Source: a virus (Duplodnaviria > Caudoviricetes). Taken from it: 64,000 nt of DNA. Location of the stretch: IMG/VR virus record IMGVR_UViG_2565956686_000002, positions 24,656-88,655 of that record, one strand, 5' to 3'. The position numbers were made by a program, and so were the translations under genes. A model generated the notes under the pieces. The model was given only the letters and a program-made list of their open reading frames with translations. It was not told the origin of the DNA and made no database searches. Positions 57,714 to 64,000 of this stretch are shown piece by piece (position 1 is the stretch's first letter; each line of letters opens with the position of its first letter).

Positions 57714-59108
57714 TTACCTTAATCTAGCCTTTAACTGTTCAACTTTTGAAAGCGCTTTAAGGGCATCATCAATTTCTATTGGATTTTCAGAGACGGACTT
57801 TTCCAAATAATCATGATGTCGTGTAATTTTCTTAAATTTCCTATTTTTTATGTTTGATATGATTTCATCATCTAGCAATAAATCTTCAATCATATTCATC
57901 GCAATTTGAAGATCTTCAAATGACACTTGTACATAACCTTCGGTTACATCATTAGATTCATCTGTAGCATGGTTTACAAGCTTTTTAATAGTGTATGAAC
58001 CAATGTTTAAGCTGTTTGCAACGCTGGAAAATGTTCGTCTTAAGTCATGGTATGTAAATGTAATACCAGTCAACTCTGCAATTTTTAGCCTAGCTTTACT
58101 TCGATTTGCTACATGACCGACACCTTGCCTAGCTTGGAAAACATATTTACCACCACCTGAACGTTCAAAACGTTGTTGCATTATGTAGTGTAGAATTTTT
58201 CCCATTGGCAGAGTCAAAGGCTCACCATTTTTAGGATCAATTGATGTGATTGAGCCATATTTCAGATCGACATGAGACCATTCGATTGTCTCTGCTTCTT
58301 CTCTACGAAAACCAGTAAGTAAAATAGTTAATAAAAAATCTTGGTTGGTATAAGCATTATGATTCTTATATTGTTGTCCGACCCATTCTGTAGAAACTAC
58401 AGCATCTAACCAGTCTTTCATTTGATTACTACGAATATAGTTTTTTCTACGCTTAATTTTATTCCACGATTTTTTTGCTTTTAAAGTATTAACTGGATTT
58501 GAGACATCAATTATATTTTTATCATTTACATCAAGATAATGCTCAACTGAGAAATTAAAAACAGCCCTAAAGAAACGCATTGCTAAATTTGCACGTGCTT
58601 TAGATCGTTTTGACAATTCAGCATGTTTCTCTTGAACCATCTTGCGTGATATATCGATCAGTTTTATGTCACACCATTCTACTAAATAGTCTGTTACGCA
58701 TTGATTATAGTCATCTAAGGTATTTTGACTAAGCTCTCGTTCTGTTTTGTAGGCGGTGTAGGCATCTAATAGGGTAGGTTGCTGATCTGCTTTCGCATAA
58801 TCAGCATACATTTCCTTTTTAGCTTCTTGTTTTTCTAGATTCGGGTTAATACCTTGGGCCATCAATCCTAGTAATTTAGTTGCTTGGTCACGTGCCTGTG
58901 TAGGTGTGATTTCTCCATGTTTGCCGATAGTGACTCGTACTGAGGATTTGCCGTTACCAATGCGACGCTCAACCACATAAACTTTGGAAATGGTAACTCG
59001 CAACGCAAAGCCAATCAGCTCTGAATCCCTATAGATAACCTGCTTATCAGGTGATAAGGGCAAAGAATCAACAAATGTTTTTGTGAGCTTTGTTCTTTCA
59101 GAGGTCAT
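57714..59108 (-). CDS. int: Tyrosine recombinase/integrase with arm-binding domain
   Basis: RDSELIGFALRV N-terminus; TGFRREE, HDLRRT, VNH, EGY catalytic motifs. Confidence 0.95.
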   Translation of the reverse strand: MTSERTKLTKTFVDSLPLSPDKQVIYRDSELIGFALRVTISKVYVVERRIGNGKSSVRVTIGKHGEITPTQARDQATKLLGLMAQGINPNLEKQEAKKEMYADYAKADQQPTLLDAYTAYKTERELSQNTLDDYNQCVTDYLVEWCDIKLIDISRKMVQEKHAELSKRSKARANLAMRFFRAVFNFSVEHYLDVNDKNIIDVSNPVNTLKAKKSWNKIKRRKNYIRSNQMKDWLDAVVSTEWVGQQYKNHNAYTNQDFLLTILLTGFRREEAETIEWSHVDLKYGSITSIDPKNGEPLTLPMGKILHYIMQQRFERSGGGKYVFQARQGVGHVANRSKARLKIAELTGITFTYHDLRRTFSSVANSLNIGSYTIKKLVNHATDESNDVTEGYVQVSFEDLQIAMNMIEDLLLDDEIISNIKNRKFKKITRHHDYLEKSVSENPIEIDDALKALSKVEQLKARLR

Positions 59109-59163
59109 AGTGTATGATCACGTGTGTTTGCAATAACTCGCAATAACATACAATATTTTTAAC

Positions 59164-59182
59164 TGCCTACATAGTGCCTACA
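59164..59182. repeat. Candidate integrase arm sites TGCCTACA-N3-TGCCTACA
   Basis: Tandem 8-mer between int and tRNA. Confidence 0.6.
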
Positions 59183-59265
59183 AAAAAACGTATTGCAATG
59201 AAAAATGTTTTTATGTAGAATCAGCATCAAGTTAAAGCATTGTATTAATTGTATTTAACTTTATA

Positions 59266-59342
<77 letters not shown>

Positions 59343-59349
59343 TATATCG

Positions 59350-59382
59350 AACCTCGTAACTATTTGAGTTATGAGGTTTTTT
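59350..59382 (+). terminator. Intrinsic terminator after tRNA
   Basis: AACCTCGTAACT/AGTTATGAGGTT plus T tract. Confidence 0.75.
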
Positions 59383-59469
59383 ATTGCCTATTGATTGGGT
59401 TTCTCACTACTTTTTATAGACCGTAATGTGGTCTATCGGTTCGATAATCCGATGGTCTATCTGTCTGAT

Positions 59470-59488
59470 TGCCTACACAGTGCCTACA
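59470..59488. repeat. Candidate integrase arm sites TGCCTACA-N3-TGCCTACA
   Basis: Same tandem 8-mer on the other side of the tRNA. Confidence 0.6.
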
Positions 59489-59741
59489 TATATTCTATGA
59501 TTTACCCCCAGATCGTTTTCCAAGCATTTTGTCTTGCCGTGCGATTTAGGCATGTCGATGAGCCATGCTCTTAATGTCATCGCATCGTAAAACGCATGGG
59601 AAAACATGATGTGTATGGGGGAATTGTGAGATTGCTTAGATTCCTCGTTTGGGGCAGGAGTTCTAGGGGAAGTTGCTGAATGGCGTGGGGGAGTTTTGCT
59701 TGTAGAGAACATATTTGTCAGCTTTGCCATTCAGTCTTGTA

Positions 59742-60653
59742 TTAGTTGATATATGCCTTTAGCCCATCCATCAACTCACTTTGTAAAATGTCAGGACTGA
59801 CGACATGAATATGTGGCATCCAGTAACGAATCAGTGAAAGAAGTTGTAGAGAACTGACATACTGACTACTAATGAGCAAAGCCCCATTATCCATTTCTTT
59901 GACAATTTGTTGATGAGGCAACAAGCTTCGTTGTCTAAAATGATCTGCAACTTCGGCACTAATGGTTAAAATGGCTTCCTGTTTGTCCTGTCCAAACCAG
60001 ATACTTTCTTCTGCTTCTAATTGAGTCAGTATTTCTTTGCTATGTTGGAAAATGGATTGATCGCTGTGAACAACAACGTCTTTGACAAAGCTGAGACGAT
60101 AGGCTTTCAACTTCTCATCTTTGACTGCTGCCAAATACCAACAGCTACGATGATTAATCAGTTTGTATGGTTCAAGTAGATGATAGCGACCTTTATAATA
60201 CAGTGTGACTTTGTGTCGATTTAGAATTGCAGGTTCAAGTTGCTCAAATAGAGCCTTGAACTTTGTGCCATCTTCATTGAATTGCCCTTTACTTTCATAC
60301 ACAGATTTTGCATTTTCATTCAATATTCTGCGTAAGAACTGTCTATCCATATTGGGGAATAAATCAGAAACACCCGAAAGCATAGAGAAATGGCGAATAT
60401 CATCGTCATTCAACTGCCCTAAATAATTATCGGGGAGTGTATAAAGTCCTTGCTCATTCAGCCCAAGCATCGGTAATGCCACCATTAAACGCTCATTAAT
60501 ATCACGTTGTATAGTGCGTTTACTCACGCCATATTGTTCTGCAAGCTGCTTGCTATCTAGTGCTTTGCCTTCGTTAAGCTGAGACAGCATGTCAGTGATC
60601 CGTTGTGCTAGTTTGACGTGTGCATTTTCGTTATCTGTCATTAGTTTTTCCAT
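59742..60653 (-). CDS. HTH-WYL-WCX transcriptional regulator
   Basis: LAEQYGVSKRTIQRDI; LEPYKL....WYLAA...KAYRLS. Confidence 0.92.
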   Translation of the reverse strand: MEKLMTDNENAHVKLAQRITDMLSQLNEGKALDSKQLAEQYGVSKRTIQRDINERLMVALPMLGLNEQGLYTLPDNYLGQLNDDDIRHFSMLSGVSDLFPNMDRQFLRRILNENAKSVYESKGQFNEDGTKFKALFEQLEPAILNRHKVTLYYKGRYHLLEPYKLINHRSCWYLAAVKDEKLKAYRLSFVKDVVVHSDQSIFQHSKEILTQLEAEESIWFGQDKQEAILTISAEVADHFRQRSLLPHQQIVKEMDNGALLISSQYVSSLQLLSLIRYWMPHIHVVSPDILQSELMDGLKAYIN

Positions 60654-60689
60654 AAATCATGCTTTCTATATCTATAGTATCTGCATAGA

Positions 60690-60794
60690 TAGACAGGTAG
60701 TGTCGCTCTCCATAAAAATTATGTCATATCCCAATGAAAGCTATTATTTGATTCTTTTTTCCATTGTCCTATTTGCAACGACATCACCTGTCTA
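60690..60794. promoter_or_regulatory. Pair of GACA-N5-TGTC boxes (candidate WYL operators)
   Basis: TAGACAGGTAGTGTCG (60690) and CGACATCACCTGTCTA (60779), inverted, 14/16 match. Confidence 0.55.
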
Positions 60795-60916
60795 CCCCTC
60801 CTGTTAATCTTTAGACATCACAAACAGGAGCGTGAATAATGAATCAATCATGCAATATTATTTATTTAAATCATAAGTTTATTATCTATATGGGGTGTAA
60901 TAAGCCAAGTTTTGTG

Positions 60917-60962
60917 TAGATATTATCTTCATGGTGATTCAATAAAGGAGCAAACACCATGA
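60917..60962 (+). repeat. 46-bp leader repeat copy 1
   Basis: 43/46 identical to 63791-63836. Confidence 0.85.
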
Positions 60963-61081
60963 TGAAACGTTACTCAAAACCTAACGACCTATATGATGTG
61001 ATGGTGAAGATTTTCAACGATATGAGAGCGTTACCACTAGACCATGTGCTTTCTAGCATAAGTCAGTAAGGTAGCAATATC

Positions 61082-61300
61082 ATGGAAACTTTACGGCAAT
61101 GGTTAGTACAACAGCGTAAGCAGAAAAATCTAACTGAACGATAGTTAGCAAGAATCTTGGATAGACCTGTTTCATATGTACAGGATATTGAGCAAGGTCA
61201 ATATATTTTAGGCATTGTAGAATTTCTAGAATACTGTAAGGCTTTAGATGCTGATTACATGATGGCTATAGAAATCATTCAGAATGAATTACGAAAGTAA
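61082..61300 (+). pseudogene. XRE-family HTH pseudogene (in-frame TAG at 61142)
   Basis: METLRQWL...LTER*LARILDRPVSYVQDIEQG; paralog of convergent XRE gene. Confidence 0.75.
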
Positions 61301-61315
61301 TCTTAATAAAGGCAT

Positions 61316-61570
61316 TTAGCCTTTTGCTTTCTTAATTTCCTCTTGAATCAAATCCAAGCCAATTTGAGGATTAATCCCAAGCGTATTGCAGTACCAGACA
61401 TATTCAACAATATCCAAACGTCTCTCGCCTTGTTCGACTTTTTGTATGTACGAATGAGGTTTGTCCATGCGTTCAGCCAAGCCACGCATGGATAAATGAT
61501 GTAATTTGCGTTCACTCTTGAGCCAATTGATCAGAGTTCGCATCTCGTCAGTGTAGATACTATTTGTCAT
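61316..61570 (-). CDS. XRE-family HTH regulator
   Basis: LSMRGLAERMDKPHSYIQKVEQGERRLDIVE; AGGT RBS before ATG 61570. Confidence 0.85.
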   Translation of the reverse strand: MTNSIYTDEMRTLINWLKSERKLHHLSMRGLAERMDKPHSYIQKVEQGERRLDIVEYVWYCNTLGINPQIGLDLIQEEIKKAKG

Positions 61571-61641
61571 GTACCTATTTTGAATACATTGATCAAATGT
61601 ACCCAAAAATGATACATTTCTAGTACCTAAAGTAGATACTT
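61569..61641. promoter_or_regulatory. Three GTACC-N7-RATAC operator-like boxes
   Basis: At 61571, 61599 and 61623, overlapping the XRE gene start region. Confidence 0.55.
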
Positions 61642-61745
61642 TTTGGTTGCATTTTCTCCATTGTTGATCACGTGATTTGGGGCTGCTAAAAATACTTATC
61701 AACGTTATATAGACGTTATTCTGATTGTGAACTAAGGTTAATAAA

Positions 61746-62819
61746 ATGGATTCATCACAAATAAATGATTTTCAACAAGAGCCTATTCGTAAAGTTTCGA
61801 TTCTTTTAGGAATTGGTATTTTTGTTATGCCTTATATTTTTTCTTGGTTTACGCTAAGGGAAGGCTATAGTAAATTAGCTAAAATTATTAGTTTCACTTG
61901 GTTAGCTGTTCTTCTTGCTATGCTATTTATTGCTGCACCTAAATCAGAGAACTCATCTAATTATCAAACTGAGAAAACAGTTAAAAATATAGAACAAAAT
62001 GAGCAAAAAACTGAAAATTCTGGAGAAGAGCTAGAGACTGAAAACTCTAATACATCAAATGATTATCTTGCAAATCAGGATAGTAAATATACTGATGTTA
62101 ACTCTATAGGAAATAAGGTTAGTTTTTTTGAAATTTGGAAAGCTGCAAATAGTCCAGATGCTACAGCACAAGATATTTTCTATAATTATTATCCAAATAC
62201 TGATTTTAAAAATGAATTCGAAAAGAAAGATGCTTTTGAAAGTATTAAATCAGAAATAGAAGATGAAATGGAAAAATATAAAGGTATTGAATATATCTCT
62301 ATTCCTATTATTGATAGAGTGATTTATCCAAGTGTTCGAGAAAAACAACCTAGCTTTACTGCTTTTGTTTCTCCAGATTGGAGCATTTTCTTAGATTATA
62401 ATTTTGAAAAACAAGGATTTTTATTATATGGAGGTAAATCACATAGAAAATGCTTTAATGAGGAACAAGTACATGGATTTGAAATTGATTCAGAAAGAGA
62501 ATGCTTTATACCTATATCAGAAGATATGAAAATTCCGAATCATCATGATGAAAGATTAGCATTATTTATCAAAAATCTAGATGAGAAGAAGCTTATTGCA
62601 TATACGGGTAGAGTTTATGCAAAATTGGATGAACCTTCTTCATATAAAGAAAATTCAAAAATAGATATTTTAGGAGCAGAAATAGAGTTAAAAATCAGAG
62701 AACCTTATCTTGAGTTTGAGTCTCCAGAAAAGATAAATGAATTAAGAGAACTTAAAAAAGAAATTCATTCAATGTTTAATGGAGATGTCATTTATAGATT
62801 TAAAATGGGAGATATTTAG
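61746..62819 (+). CDS. Membrane-anchored hypothetical protein
   Basis: Two N-terminal TM helices. Confidence 0.7.
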   Translation: MDSSQINDFQQEPIRKVSILLGIGIFVMPYIFSWFTLREGYSKLAKIISFTWLAVLLAMLFIAAPKSENSSNYQTEKTVKNIEQNEQKTENSGEELETENSNTSNDYLANQDSKYTDVNSIGNKVSFFEIWKAANSPDATAQDIFYNYYPNTDFKNEFEKKDAFESIKSEIEDEMEKYKGIEYISIPIIDRVIYPSVREKQPSFTAFVSPDWSIFLDYNFEKQGFLLYGGKSHRKCFNEEQVHGFEIDSERECFIPISEDMKIPNHHDERLALFIKNLDEKKLIAYTGRVYAKLDEPSSYKENSKIDILGAEIELKIREPYLEFESPEKINELRELKKEIHSMFNGDVIYRFKMGDI

Positions 62820-62957
62820 AATGAATGAAATATTAATATTGGAATTATCTACTTAAACTGATTGTAAAAAAATTGGACAAACTGTTTGATGATTGTATCC
62901 ATTAGTGGTACTAAATAATTAAGATTACTAGGCTTTTAAATTGTAAAAGGATGCTAT

Positions 62958-63410
62958 ATGAAAAAGTTTCTTTTAATTTCAATGCTATTTCTATGTGCTA
63001 ATGCAGTCTATGCTGCTCCAAATATATGGAAAATAGGATATGGACAAGGTCTCGCTGAATATTCAATTCAAGATGCCAAAGGTCAGACATTATGGGTCGT
63101 CTGTAATGAGGGTGCAGGAGATGAATATGATCATTCTGCACGGTTCGAGACAAAGAGCAAGAGTTATGAAAATACTGACTCTAACTACCCACTCACTTTT
63201 CTATTAGATGGCAAAACTGAAGTTGCGCCATCAGGAACAACCAATTGGCGCAATGGTGCAAATGCTTGGTATGAATTTTCTCATGGTATTGCCAAAGCCA
63301 AGAAAATAGAGGTATTCGTCAATAATAAAAAGGTGACTACTTTTACTCCAGTTGCTAGCAGCATCAAAAGTGTTGCGAAAAATATCTTATCTTGTAAAGC
63401 AAAATGGTAA
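62958..63410 (+). CDS. Secreted hypothetical protein
   Basis: Signal peptide, AAGGA RBS. Confidence 0.7.
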   Translation: MKKFLLISMLFLCANAVYAAPNIWKIGYGQGLAEYSIQDAKGQTLWVVCNEGAGDEYDHSARFETKSKSYENTDSNYPLTFLLDGKTEVAPSGTTNWRNGANAWYEFSHGIAKAKKIEVFVNNKKVTTFTPVASSIKSVAKNILSCKAKW

Positions 63411-63747
63411 ATCATTTCAATTAAAATCAAAGGATTCAATTACGAAATTTCTAAATCTACTCGCTGTAATTTCTATACTCTCTATGTCTTCTGCATACGC
63501 TGCAACATTAAATGTAAAAATGAAGAAAAATACTCAGTGGGGAGAAGAGTCAGCTCAATTAGCAACTGATAAAGGACTCATTTCCATTTATGCCCTAGAG
63601 TTAACCAAGAAACAGGCGAATGATCTGAATACGCTGAAAAAAGGTAAGTGTGTTCAAATCAAAGCCAAAGATCAGACTTTAGAAAAATCAGAGGGTGTAA
63701 TATCCATTATGGAATTTGAGTCTGCAAAAACAGTAAAGTGTAAATAA
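63352..63747 (+). CDS. Secreted hypothetical protein (true start uncertain)
   Basis: Signal-peptide-like segment ending AYA; no clear start codon near it. Confidence 0.5.
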   Translation: MLAASKVLRKISYLVKQNGKSFQLKSKDSITKFLNLLAVISILSMSSAYAATLNVKMKKNTQWGEESAQLATDKGLISIYALELTKKQANDLNTLKKGKCVQIKAKDQTLEKSEGVISIMEFESAKTVKCK

Positions 63748-63790
63748 ACCAAATGCTGCATACATAAATTGTAATCGTCCTCATTTGGCA

Positions 63791-63836
63791 TAGATATTAT
63801 TTTTATGGTGATTCAATCAAGGAGCAAACACCATGA
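63791..63836 (+). repeat. 46-bp leader repeat copy 2
   Basis: Matches 60917-60962. Confidence 0.85.
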
Positions 63837-64000
63837 AAAAACATTATCCAGAACTTGAAAAAGTATGTGAGGTTATAGACAACATTCCTCACCCTAAATG
63901 TCAAAACTTGGCGAATAGTATCCGTATCTGTAATAGCATTGATGCCAGTCATCAGGAAAAAGCTGCTGCTGTACTGATTGCAGCCTTACAATTTATTTAA
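63833..64000 (+). CDS. 55-aa small protein (MKKHYPELEKVCEV...)
   Basis: AAGGAG RBS; ORF ends at window edge. Confidence 0.6.
   Translation: MKKHYPELEKVCEVIDNIPHPKCQNLANSIRICNSIDASHQEKAAAVLIAALQFI

Larger units (their letters stand above)
1..59265 (+). mobile_element. Integrated prophage (temperate myophage with P1-like virion module); left end outside window
   Basis: Contiguous replication, head, tail, lysis and tyrosine integrase genes ending next to a tRNA gene. Confidence 0.93.
59343..64000. mobile_element. Second genomic island downstream of tRNA (partial)
   Basis: Arm-like repeats, WYL/XRE regulators, pseudogene, AT-rich exported proteins, no core genes. Confidence 0.55.

Noticed and set aside
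59473-59730. 85-aa minus-strand ORF
   Set aside because: Runs into the arm-site repeats and has no recognisable motif; probably spurious

Overview
AT-rich Acinetobacter-like DNA, with the host genus inferred from a UmuDAb-type SOS box and the gene content. Positions 1 to about 59,265 are the right part of a large integrated temperate myophage; its left end lies outside the window. Its head, tail and anti-restriction genes resemble coliphage P1 (Pro protease, gp23 capsid, Prt portal, PacB terminase carrying a mini-intein, sheath/tube/baseplate, Hdf/DarA/DdrA/DdrB/DarB). It also has a lambdoid YdaU/P-type replication module, RusA, a holin/SAR-endolysin/spanin cassette and a tyrosine integrase next to a tRNA-Ile2(CAT). 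Morons include an Mrr-type nuclease, a RES-domain protein and secreted proteins, and the phage also encodes a Tad1-like anti-defence sponge. Beyond the tRNA is a second, partly decayed island (WYL regulator, XRE genes, exported proteins). Signals read directly from the sequence: (i) 17 copies of a late-promoter-like motif, TGGAAC then about 28 nt then xAxAAT, often overlapping a hairpin that would hide the RBS in read-through mRNA; (ii) a recurring F-D-S/G/D motif in head proteins, probably an Asp-specific maturation-protease site that releases injected cargo domains; (iii) two in-frame G-GGA-AAG -1 frameshift sites in the hdf-JAB operon; (iv) a split tail-sheath gene with a duplicated N-terminal module fused to another domain; (v) an attP-like arm-site arrangement on both sides of the tRNA. 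All family assignments come from motif recognition and recalled reference sequences; no database search was run.
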